This document shows positions 8,679 through 16,982 of a stretch of DNA of 25,689 nucleotides, one piece after another. A program made the translations under genes and the position numbers. Origin of the DNA: a virus (lineage: Duplodnaviria > Caudoviricetes); IMG/VR virus record IMGVR_UViG_3300032218_003490, positions 1 to 25,689 of that record. The stretch is one strand, 5' to 3'. The stretch's first letter is position 1, and the number at the start of each line of letters is the position of its first letter. The notes beneath the pieces were generated by a model. That model saw only the letters and a program-made list of their open reading frames with translations. It was not told where the DNA came from and did no database searches.

Positions 8679-9077
8679 ATGAAGTATTTAAAAACATTTG
8701 AGTCCTATATTGGTACCGATTTAATCTCTGAGGTAGAATTCTATAAAGTTCCCAATGGTTCTAAAACATTATTCAAACCATCATTTGGTGCTAAAAAAGG
8801 CGAAACCGATTTTTATCAATTAAGACTTGAAGGTAAACCAATAGTAGAAATAGAAGTTAATCCAAATTCAAAATACGGTAAACCTGAAATCATGTCAGCA
8901 TTTTCTGATATTAGAGGCAAAGGCTTAGGTGAATATCTTGCTAAGAAAGTACTTGATATCTATCTTGAAGATGAGGTATTTGTAAGATGTACAAAGGATA
9001 GTAAAAAGTTCTGGAAAAGATGTGGAGCAACTGTTGTAGACTCAACAGATCCTTATTTATTACACTTTATTAAATAG
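8679..9077 (+). CDS. GNAT-family acetyltransferase with N-terminal MKYLKTFES tag
   Basis: Acetyl-CoA loop RGKGLG and KFWKRCG motif. Confidence 0.75.
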   Translation: MKYLKTFESYIGTDLISEVEFYKVPNGSKTLFKPSFGAKKGETDFYQLRLEGKPIVEIEVNPNSKYGKPEIMSAFSDIRGKGLGEYLAKKVLDIYLEDEVFVRCTKDSKKFWKRCGATVVDSTDPYLLHFIK

Positions 9078-9681
9078 GACAACTGTTAGCAGTATAAATA
9101 TACTTATAATCTCTTTTAATTTTAACACCTAAACTTTCAGCAGTAGTAACAACATCTTCTAAACACTCAGAATCAGCACCACCGACAATATTCACTTCTC
9201 TACCTTTTAATGATTTAAGTAATTCATATAGTTTTATAGGGCAGTGAAACCAAACGTGGTTGTTGTTTATATAAGTGATAATAGTTCCTTCTTTAGTTGG
9301 AAATATATCACCTTTCTTTAATAGTTTCTTATCTTCTTTATCAGAAATTTCATTATAAATCTCTTTATCTAATATCTTCTTATAAAAATCAGCATCTACT
9401 TTATAGTTATATCTTTTTTCAATAAGTTCTTTTTGATTAGGGAAATGATAAAGATCTTTATGAATAGGAATCTCTGGTGTTTTATTATATAAGTAATCTT
9501 TGTCTACATTCTTACCATTGACATGATTATCCCACAATTGGTAAACATTTTGAAAGTTATTACAATACTTTTTCAATTCATTCAAATACATCTCCGAGAA
9601 GTATTTTCTAAACGACTTCTGAACATCAACTATAATTAATGTTCCATTACTATGACTTTCAAATGTTTTTAAAAATTTCAT
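9070..9681 (-). CDS. Isochorismatase/nicotinamidase-like cysteine hydrolase with N-terminal MKFLKTFES tag
   Basis: TLIIVDVQKSF (catalytic Asp) and V.IVGGADSECL (catalytic Cys region). Confidence 0.7.
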   Translation of the reverse strand: MKFLKTFESHSNGTLIIVDVQKSFRKYFSEMYLNELKKYCNNFQNVYQLWDNHVNGKNVDKDYLYNKTPEIPIHKDLYHFPNQKELIEKRYNYKVDADFYKKILDKEIYNEISDKEDKKLLKKGDIFPTKEGTIITYINNNHVWFHCPIKLYELLKSLKGREVNIVGGADSECLEDVVTTAESLGVKIKRDYKYIYTANSCPI

Positions 9682-10382
9682 TATAAATAAGTATCATATG
9701 CTTTTTCAATCTTAGGATCTAAGATTGTGTAATCTATATCAAATGTTTTTGGCATTACACTAACTACCTGAGACTGGTTATAAGGTTCTTTACCTATTTT
9801 ATACCAACTTCTATTTTTTCTCATCCATAAATAGAAAAGAACATAAGCATTTGACTTCTGAATATACTCGTCAATATTTATAATTATATCCAATCCGTAT
9901 TTTTTAATCTTTTCAACAGTTCTTCTTTCGCAGTCAATTTCACAATTCATAGATAGTACTATCTCAGTGTCAATTAAAGACATATCAACATTATCATCAC
10001 CAGATAACCACTTATCAATATTTTCCATTCCTGATTCATTTTCAGTCCATGCTGGCACTTGTTCAATCCATTGATCCATATGACAAGATTCATGTAATAG
10101 TATTATCAACCACTGAGAGACATCTTTACCCAAAGCACAAGCAAGTGTTCTTGTATCACCATCAAAGTAACCATTACAGATAAAACCACCTTCAGAAAAT
10201 TGAACACCGGTATCTGGAGATAGAATTAATTTAACATTATGTTCTTTAGTGTATATTTTCAAATCTTCTATAAAAGATTTAACTTTAACTACATCTTCTT
10301 GTGATAATTTACCATAATTAAACTCACCACCGTGTGGGATGTCTGCTTCTTCAAAGTCTTCAAACAATTTTAAGTATCTCAT
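9681..10382 (-). CDS. Putative zinc metallopeptidase (HExxH) with N-terminal MRYLKLFED tag
   Basis: ILLHESCHMDQW plus downstream EIDCE third-ligand region; TAATG coupling to the next gene; late motif at 10387-10395. Confidence 0.7.
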   Translation of the reverse strand: MRYLKLFEDFEEADIPHGGEFNYGKLSQEDVVKVKSFIEDLKIYTKEHNVKLILSPDTGVQFSEGGFICNGYFDGDTRTLACALGKDVSQWLIILLHESCHMDQWIEQVPAWTENESGMENIDKWLSGDDNVDMSLIDTEIVLSMNCEIDCERRTVEKIKKYGLDIIINIDEYIQKSNAYVLFYLWMRKNRSWYKIGKEPYNQSQVVSVMPKTFDIDYTILDPKIEKAYDTYL

Positions 10383-10401
10383 AAAGTATATATTAAATAA
10401 A

Positions 10402-10429
10402 AAAACCCATCAAATATTTGATGGGTTTT
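10402..10429 (-). terminator. Rho-independent terminator
   Basis: Perfect palindrome AAAACCCATCAAAT/ATTTGATGGGTTTT downstream of 10451..11023. Confidence 0.8.
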
Positions 10430-10450
10430 AATTCTTAAAGTATTTATAGA

Positions 10451-11023
10451 TTAAAGAGGTAATTCTTCTTCACCTTCTTCTTTTTCTTCTTCACCTTGTG
10501 CTGGAGATTCTTCCTCTTCTTCAACTGGTGCTTCTTCACCTTGTGCTGGAGCTTCTTGAGCTTGTGTTTGAGGTTCTTCAAATTCTCCTTGTGCTGGAGC
10601 TTCTTGAGCTTGAGCAGGTGCTTCTTCAGTCTGTGCTGGTTGAGCTTCAGCTTGAGGAGCTTCTTGAGTTTGAGCTTGAGGTTGAGCCTCTACTTGAACT
10701 TGAGGTTGAGCCTGAGGTTGTGTTTGAGTTTGTGATTGACCACCACCCATTAAAGCACCACCAGGAATTTTCTCAACATCTAAGTTATCCATGTTAATAA
10801 ACTTTACAATTTCTTCAGCAATATCAACATCACCAAAGAACGTGCGTAGGTTTTTACCTGTAGTGTCTTTTACTTTTTTCACATAAGCGTTGATTAAAGA
10901 TTGAGGAATATCAATCATTGTCTTTACTTTGTAAATATCGTTTACTTGAAGAACTGATTCTTTGATAATTTCTTCTCTGTTCTTTTTAATACGATATGAT
11001 TCAAATGTTCTAATATGCTTCAT
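10451..11023 (-). CDS. Hypothetical protein with MKHIRTFES tag and acidic Q/E/A/P low-complexity tail (candidate core/internal protein)
   Basis: 190 aa with EAPAQ repeats; late motif at 11049-11057. Confidence 0.8.
   Translation of the reverse strand: MKHIRTFESYRIKKNREEIIKESVLQVNDIYKVKTMIDIPQSLINAYVKKVKDTTGKNLRTFFGDVDIAEEIVKFINMDNLDVEKIPGGALMGGGQSQTQTQPQAQPQVQVEAQPQAQTQEAPQAEAQPAQTEEAPAQAQEAPAQGEFEEPQTQAQEAPAQGEEAPVEEEEESPAQGEEEKEEGEEELPL
10470..10735 (-). repeat. Imperfect coding repeats (EAPAQGE / QPQAQ)
   Basis: Repeated CCTTGTGCTGGAG(CTTCTTGAGCTTG) units on the + strand. Confidence 0.7.
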
Positions 11024-11080
11024 TTTTTATTGAATATTTTTTATAGATTATATATTAAGTATTAAAACTCATTTTTTTCA

Positions 11081-11596
11081 CTAATGAATTACTAATAAAC
11101 CCAACACCAATCCTATGATTGCGACACCTCCACCGATACCACCAAAAACCATTTTAGTTTTCATTTTTCTTAATTGTAAGTTCTTTTCATCAATAACTTG
11201 TTGTCTATTAGCAACTTGTTCTTCTAAAATAAGAATTTTCTTTAGATAAGCGGCGATTTCACCCTGTAATGTTTTAATCTGTAAATCTTTATTATTGATA
11301 GATTCTTTTAATTTAGCAATCTCCATTTTTTGAGAAGCAATTACTTGTTCTTTATCATTGATAACTTTAACACAAACGGAATCATATTGACCCATTTGAG
11401 TATTTTGTTTCTCCAAAAGAACCAATAAATCTGTACCATTATCAAGATTTTGAGCTTGTTCAATAGTCATTACCAGAACTTGTTGACCCAATGAGTCTAT
11501 TTCAAATTTAGGATAATCTATTTTAGGTTGTGAGTATTGTGAATAAGCACTTAAACTTAAAATCATACCTATAATTAGTGTTAGAAACTTTTTCAT
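11081..11596 (-). CDS. Exported coiled-coil protein with signal peptide and C-terminal TM (spanin-like candidate)
   Basis: MKKFLTLIIGMILSLSAYS|Q signal peptide, long heptad region, GGIGGGVAIIGLVLGLLVI tail. Confidence 0.55.
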   Translation of the reverse strand: MKKFLTLIIGMILSLSAYSQYSQPKIDYPKFEIDSLGQQVLVMTIEQAQNLDNGTDLLVLLEKQNTQMGQYDSVCVKVINDKEQVIASQKMEIAKLKESINNKDLQIKTLQGEIAAYLKKILILEEQVANRQQVIDEKNLQLRKMKTKMVFGGIGGGVAIIGLVLGLLVIH

Positions 11597-11597
11597 A

Positions 11598-12014
11598 TTA
11601 ATGTTTAGCTTTATTTTTTAGTGATTCTAAAAGAGCATCACCTGTTCTATTAGGTGGATTCTTTTTAAACTCATCTATTTTATGTTGAGTTTCTTGAAGA
11701 TCATGTTTTAATTTGTCCAAATTAGCTTTAGATTTATTAGCTTCAATTTCAGCCTTTTTAGTTTGAGCTTCTTGTTTAGCTAATTCTGCTTGTAATTTAA
11801 CATCTAATTGTCTAAGACTATCAGATTTAGCTCTCCAAGAGTTTATTTCCAAATCCACAGCCTTTTTTTGATTCTCTAAATCTTTAAATTGTTGTTCTAA
11901 TTGTTTAACTCTTTCCTTTGATGCTTTATCACCTGAAAAAAACCATTTGAATCCAAACAATAATGTCAATCCAAGTAATATTAGTATAAGAATCGATTTG
12001 ATATCTAATTTCAT
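11598..12014 (-). CDS. N-terminally anchored coiled-coil membrane protein (i-spanin-like candidate)
   Basis: Single N-terminal TM followed by about 100 aa of coiled coil; late motif at 12035-12043. Confidence 0.55.
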   Translation of the reverse strand: MKLDIKSILILILLGLTLLFGFKWFFSGDKASKERVKQLEQQFKDLENQKKAVDLEINSWRAKSDSLRQLDVKLQAELAKQEAQTKKAEIEANKSKANLDKLKHDLQETQHKIDEFKKNPPNRTGDALLESLKNKAKH

Positions 12015-12116
12015 AAAATGTCTTATTTTTAAAATATATATTATTTTGTCAAACCGACCTTTTAATTTTGAGAAATTTTATATATATTTGTAGATATTTA
12101 AAATAACAACCAATTC

Positions 12117-12647
12117 ATGACATATAAAAGATTAATCTCATTTGACTTTGACGACACAATGTGTCACACACCAAAACCTGAAGAAGGAAAGATAATTTGG
12201 AAAGAAAAAACAGGAACTGAATGGCCATATGGTGGTTGGTGGGGAAGGGCAGAAAGTATTAATCCTGAAATTTTTGACATACCAGTAAATCCTTGGGTTT
12301 ATAAAAAGTATTTAGAAGCTGTATCAGATCCAGATAACTATGTTATTTTAGCAACTGGTCGTCTTAAAAAAGTACCTAATATGTTAAATCATGTTGAGAC
12401 TATATTAAATAAGCACAACATTTCTTTTGATGAAATTCATTTAAATTGGGGTGGTGATACATACAACTTCAAAACTAAATTATTTGAACAAAAAATTGAA
12501 GAACTCGGAGTTCATGAGTTTGTTATGTATGATGATAGAAGTGAACACTTAGTTAGATTCGAAGAGTGGGCCGAGGAACATCACATTGACGTTACTGTTG
12601 TTGATGTTGTTAACAAAAAAGAAACAAATTATCCAAATAATATATAA
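12117..12647 (+). CDS. HAD-superfamily phosphatase (Swiss-Army-Knife RNA-repair-like HAD)
   Basis: SFDFDDT, ILATGR, conserved K, MYDDR; TATATTTG (-7-like) at 12083-12090. Confidence 0.85.
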   Translation: MTYKRLISFDFDDTMCHTPKPEEGKIIWKEKTGTEWPYGGWWGRAESINPEIFDIPVNPWVYKKYLEAVSDPDNYVILATGRLKKVPNMLNHVETILNKHNISFDEIHLNWGGDTYNFKTKLFEQKIEELGVHEFVMYDDRSEHLVRFEEWAEEHHIDVTVVDVVNKKETNYPNNI

Positions 12648-12670
12648 TAAATAGAAAATTAAATTAGTTT

Positions 12671-12955
12671 ATGGCTACAATTACTAAAAAGAAGACAAAA
12701 TCGAAAGTTGATGAAATACTTTCAAAACCATATAGGTTAGTTCTACACAACGATGATTACAATAGCTTTGATTGGGTAATTACTTGTCTGGTGAAGATTT
12801 GTAAACACGAAAATGAACAAGCTACACAATGCGCACACATTGTTCATTACAATGGTAAGTGTGATGTAAAGTATGGTGATTTAGAAACTATATCTACTAT
12901 GAAAGATAAGTTGAAAAATGCTGGTCTCAGTGCAACAATGGAAACGACAAATTAA
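12671..12955 (+). CDS. clpS: ATP-dependent Clp protease adaptor ClpS
   Basis: YRLVLHNDDYNSFDWVI..L, A.QCAHIVH.NGKC.VK.G. Confidence 0.92.
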   Translation: MATITKKKTKSKVDEILSKPYRLVLHNDDYNSFDWVITCLVKICKHENEQATQCAHIVHYNGKCDVKYGDLETISTMKDKLKNAGLSATMETTN

Positions 12956-12957
12956 AC

Positions 12958-12984
12958 AAAAACCTCTCAACTTGAGAGGTTTTT
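12958..12984. terminator. Bidirectional rho-independent terminator
   Basis: AAAAACCTCTCAA-C-TTGAGAGGTTTTT between convergent clpS and terL. Confidence 0.85.
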
Positions 12985-15132
12985 TTATTTATTAGCCCCA
13001 AACCAATTTATACCATTTGTATTAGAACCACCACCTTTGTGTCTGTTCATAATTTGTTTTCTTATTTTAAGAACCTGACCATAATCCGTTCCTTCAACAT
13101 AGTCCATATTTTTTAGACAATCTTTAACATAGTTCATATGTTCTTTATCTACAAATTTACTAGACCACTCTTCAACCATTTCACTAAATTCATGTCTACC
13201 AAAAATAGTTGTTGAGTTTACTATCGTCATTACAGTATCATCATGTCCAACATCAGCAGCATACCTTGTGTTACCGGCATTTGTGGTGTGTTTAACAAAT
13301 GTTGTGATTTCTCTAATATTATCTTCATTATTAATAACAAATCCCTTACTTTGCATAAGTTCTTGATAATCTTTAACCATTAAATTCTTATTCTCACCAA
13401 CTTTTAAACCAACTTTTTCTTCAGTAGCATCAGCTCTGTGTTTATATCTAACAAAAACAGATGAACCATAGTTATTATTACCATCAAAAACGTGTGGTAA
13501 CTCAGCAAATAAAGTATTACCATAGTTATTTAACTCGACAACCACCTTAACATTATCTGGATTTAGATATTCAAATACTATCATATAAAGAATCTCAGCT
13601 AACTGTTTAACAGAAACATAATTATTTCTAAATAATCCTATTTGTTCCAATCTAAAGAAATCTACAATAGACTTATAAGAAGCTTTTTGTGATTCAACTA
13701 AGTCTTTTGGTTTTTCAGATATTCTAAATATATTTATAATAGAATAATCCTGTCCGAGTCCTTCCGAAATATCGACCGAGATAACAATTTTATATTCTTT
13801 TCTTTTAAGTGGTAGAAAAGACTCATCATCATCTACCCATTTAAGATCTTTATAACTGAATTTTAATTTTTTATCAAACTCTGGAATTTCTTCGTGTATA
13901 TAATTCTTTTTATTTCTTAACAACTCATCTATAATAGCCTCACTTAATAATGATTTACTTGAGTTAATAAATCTCAAACCATACTCTTGATTAAAAGCGT
14001 CTTCACCACCAATATCTTTTATAGCTTCTTCTTTCCAAGTTGTCATCTCAGATATAGCCAAAATAGGAACATCATGTCCATTCTTATCAACAAAAGTCAT
14101 TTTTTTAACTTCTTCATCAGTACACTTATCATTATTATAAACATAAATAACATCTTTCATGTTATCAGTAATATACTTCATCTCAACTTTTGTATATTGA
14201 GACCATTTATCTTGAACTAATTGAAATATCTCCTCTTTAGTAACACCATACTCATACATCTTATGAGCATTTAATCTAATATAAGTCATGAATCGACCAG
14301 GAACTTGATACCAATAAACTCTCATTGCTTTATAGTTATTCTTCAATGGATCACCATCGGGTCTTTCAGCATCTATCAACAATCTATGGAACAGGTTCAT
14401 ACCATTTGGAGTTGATGTAATAATAATCTTTGAGTTTTGAACGGCTGATACGGTTGGGAAGGCAGCGGTATAGTAAGGCTCAATAATATTTGAAGGAATG
14501 TGGGCAAACTCATCTAAGTAAAGTACGTCAATGGTAAAACCAATGGCTGGAGTCTTTGTCCTAGCTGATGTTTTAATTCTGCATCCATTTTCAAATGTCA
14601 ATGACTTCTGGTTCCAAGTTTTAATACCTGGTTTTAAGAAGAAAGGCAATAAAGAGTAGATAGATTTAATTTTATCAACAATCTCTACAGCGGTATCACC
14701 CTTGTTAGCAACAATCATTATATTTTTATCATTACTAAACAAAATAGTATGTAACATAAAGATAGAAGATGAGATAGTCTTACCTACCTGACGAGAAGCC
14801 ATTAAAATACTAAATCTATTGTTAACAAAACTATCAAGCATTTCTTTTTGATAATCCCTTAATAGAATATTATTAATAGAACCGTCTTCTGTCTTAACTT
14901 TACAATACTTTTCGGTAAAGTAATGAACATCTAAAGCACATTTAACATATTCTGATTGTTCATGTGCAGTCATTCTGAATGAAACACCGGCTCTTCTCAA
15001 TCCTACCTCACTCTTTAACCAAGGATTCTGATATCTTTTAATAACTATACCATCATTGATTTTGTCAGTAGCCTCATCGACTAATAAGGTAGTAAAAACC
15101 ATCTGTTTTTCTTGTTGCGGAGCTAATGCCAT
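12985..15132 (-). CDS. terL: Terminase large subunit, T4 gp17-like
   Basis: LRDYQ, Walker A SRQVGKT, Walker B VLYLDEFAHI, ITSTPNG, nuclease VDISEGLGQDYS, VELNN.G, GHDDTVM. Confidence 0.96.
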   Translation of the reverse strand: MALAPQQEKQMVFTTLLVDEATDKINDGIVIKRYQNPWLKSEVGLRRAGVSFRMTAHEQSEYVKCALDVHYFTEKYCKVKTEDGSINNILLRDYQKEMLDSFVNNRFSILMASRQVGKTISSSIFMLHTILFSNDKNIMIVANKGDTAVEIVDKIKSIYSLLPFFLKPGIKTWNQKSLTFENGCRIKTSARTKTPAIGFTIDVLYLDEFAHIPSNIIEPYYTAAFPTVSAVQNSKIIITSTPNGMNLFHRLLIDAERPDGDPLKNNYKAMRVYWYQVPGRFMTYIRLNAHKMYEYGVTKEEIFQLVQDKWSQYTKVEMKYITDNMKDVIYVYNNDKCTDEEVKKMTFVDKNGHDVPILAISEMTTWKEEAIKDIGGEDAFNQEYGLRFINSSKSLLSEAIIDELLRNKKNYIHEEIPEFDKKLKFSYKDLKWVDDDESFLPLKRKEYKIVISVDISEGLGQDYSIINIFRISEKPKDLVESQKASYKSIVDFFRLEQIGLFRNNYVSVKQLAEILYMIVFEYLNPDNVKVVVELNNYGNTLFAELPHVFDGNNNYGSSVFVRYKHRADATEEKVGLKVGENKNLMVKDYQELMQSKGFVINNEDNIREITTFVKHTTNAGNTRYAADVGHDDTVMTIVNSTTIFGRHEFSEMVEEWSSKFVDKEHMNYVKDCLKNMDYVEGTDYGQVLKIRKQIMNRHKGGGSNTNGINWFGANK

Positions 15133-15155
15133 ATTTTTAGGAACAATATATTTTT

Positions 15156-15165
15156 AATATATATT
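15156..15165. promoter_or_regulatory. Palindromic bidirectional late-promoter candidate AATATATATT
   Basis: Perfect palindrome between divergent starts at 15132(-) and 15183(+). Confidence 0.6.
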
Positions 15166-15182
15166 GTAAAAACCACCTTCTT

Positions 15183-15815
15183 ATGTCTAAAGCAGAAAAT
15201 GAAAGAATTAGGATACAGGACGAATTTGATGAAATTCAATCGGAAAATGGTGAATTTGATATCAGTAAACACCTAGCAAGACCTGAAGATCTACCAGATT
15301 TAGGTGAGATTGAAATCTATGACTATGACTCGGATATGACTGTTGCTTCACAACAATCAATGGAGGTATTAGAATCTCTTGTAGACCTATATCTAAGTGA
15401 CGTACCAGAATTAAAAGAACACCCATATATAAGAAATAAGATGAGAGATGACGCTTTAGTTTACGCTGAAACAATTTTTTTATCAAAAATGACTAGAAAG
15501 AACTTCTTATCTCAATTAAGACAAGTAGATAACGGTGACAATTCAGCTAGAATGCATGAAGTTGTTAATCAAACAATTGGTCAAATCAGAGAAAACTCTA
15601 AATTCTCATCAACACAAAGAACTGAACTTGAAAAGTTCTATAAAGGATTAAGAAAAGATTTAGGCCTTAATGAGATTGAAAATCCAGAAGTTATGAAAGC
15701 TCAAAATATAGCGGCAGAAGAATCCACAGAAGGAACTACTGGTTCTATAATGGATAATAGAAAGTTAAATGATTTGATTAAGAATGCAATGATTAATAAG
15801 GAAAAAGATAAATAA
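15183..15815 (+). CDS. Probable terminase small subunit, T4 gp16-like
   Basis: DNSARMHEVVNQTIGQIRENSK resembles gp16 'DSPRHMEVFATLMGQM..TN'; helical; adjacent to terL. Confidence 0.55.
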   Translation: MSKAENERIRIQDEFDEIQSENGEFDISKHLARPEDLPDLGEIEIYDYDSDMTVASQQSMEVLESLVDLYLSDVPELKEHPYIRNKMRDDALVYAETIFLSKMTRKNFLSQLRQVDNGDNSARMHEVVNQTIGQIRENSKFSSTQRTELEKFYKGLRKDLGLNEIENPEVMKAQNIAAEESTEGTTGSIMDNRKLNDLIKNAMINKEKDK

Positions 15816-16661
15816 TTATTTCCACTTAAAACTTTCAAAAGCTTTTATTAAATTACTGAATTGAATTAAAACTTTAGTTGTCATAAATCTATTCACTTTA
15901 TTACCGGTAATATAATTAACGAATAAGTTATGTGGAGTAGATTTTAAATCATCCTTTATAATATCTTTAAGAGAAGATTCTGTTCTTTCAAGAAGAACCA
16001 TTAAAAGTTTATTAGAATCACAAGCGAGTTGTGTAGATGTTTCTTCATCATCATAATAAAAAACTTCATCATATTGTTCTAGTTTTTCATCAGTAAACTT
16101 ATCACCTTCTGTTTTAAGACCTATTAAATGTTGTAGAAGTAATCTTACCTTCTTATGAGAGATATCATCTGAGTTTCGATTATAGAACGTCTCAGATATA
16201 TAATAAAACTTCTTTATAACTAATCCATTTTCTTTTAACTTGTCTTCTATTTTAGAAATCATCAATTCATAATTCTTTCTATTATTCTTAGAACATATAA
16301 CATAGATATCATCATCTGTATTTTTAAGATGTAAAATATTCTCTATATTGATAGTATATTCTAAATTTTCTATCAATTCTTTATTCATAAACTCTTGCAT
16401 TGAAAATGCTAAGTTAGAAACGTCAGCTTTATGATTTTTTGATTTAACTTTTAATGTCTCCATCATTTCAGTTGTTAACCAATAAGTATGTCCTCCGAAA
16501 TTTATAGAATTTCCTTGACTTTTATAAATACCTCTTTTAATAAGATTAAAATCTGATTTAGATATTTTCATAATAGGTATATTTGGAATAGTTTTATCCA
16601 CTATCCAAACCTGGCTATTAGTACTTAATATCACATCTATGTCAAAAAAATGAGCTTTCAT
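15816..16661 (-). CDS. HAD-like protein
   Basis: N-terminal HFFDIDVIL (DxD) and a later FYYDDE motif; TAATG-coupled to the upstream gene. Confidence 0.6.
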   Translation of the reverse strand: MKAHFFDIDVILSTNSQVWIVDKTIPNIPIMKISKSDFNLIKRGIYKSQGNSINFGGHTYWLTTEMMETLKVKSKNHKADVSNLAFSMQEFMNKELIENLEYTINIENILHLKNTDDDIYVICSKNNRKNYELMISKIEDKLKENGLVIKKFYYISETFYNRNSDDISHKKVRLLLQHLIGLKTEGDKFTDEKLEQYDEVFYYDDEETSTQLACDSNKLLMVLLERTESSLKDIIKDDLKSTPHNLFVNYITGNKVNRFMTTKVLIQFSNLIKAFESFKWK

Positions 16662-16918
16662 TATAATTTAAAATTTGTTACTTTATATCTAAATTGATGA
16701 GGAGATCCATCAAATCTACTTCCCTCATACTCTTTATCTTTCCATTCAACTCCACCACTTAACTCAGTATCAAAACTTTTACATTTAGGACAAGTACTTG
16801 GTGGTGATTTTTGAACTTCTTCACCTTTCTTACCCTCTATTATAATCATATCATCTTCTGTATAGAAGAACGTACCTTTACACCATGGACTTCTACAAAC
16901 GGTTTTCATTTTTTCCAT
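16661..16918 (-). CDS. Small zinc-ribbon protein
   Basis: CRSPWC ... CPKC; late motif at 16923-16931. Confidence 0.65.
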   Translation of the reverse strand: MEKMKTVCRSPWCKGTFFYTEDDMIIIEGKKGEEVQKSPPSTCPKCKSFDTELSGGVEWKDKEYEGSRFDGSPHQFRYKVTNFKL

Positions 16919-16934
16919 TAATTATATATTAAAA

Positions 16935-16963
16935 AAAAATCCCATCATTTAGATGGGATTTTT
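16935..16963 (-). terminator. Rho-independent terminator
   Basis: AAAAATCCCATC-N5-GATGGGATTTTT with a long U-run on the minus strand. Confidence 0.8.
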
Positions 16964-16982
16964 AATTTATAGTAATGTTTTA

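Noticed and set aside
10496-10797. Leu-rich plus-strand ORFs
   Set aside because: Antisense of the Gln/Glu repeats.
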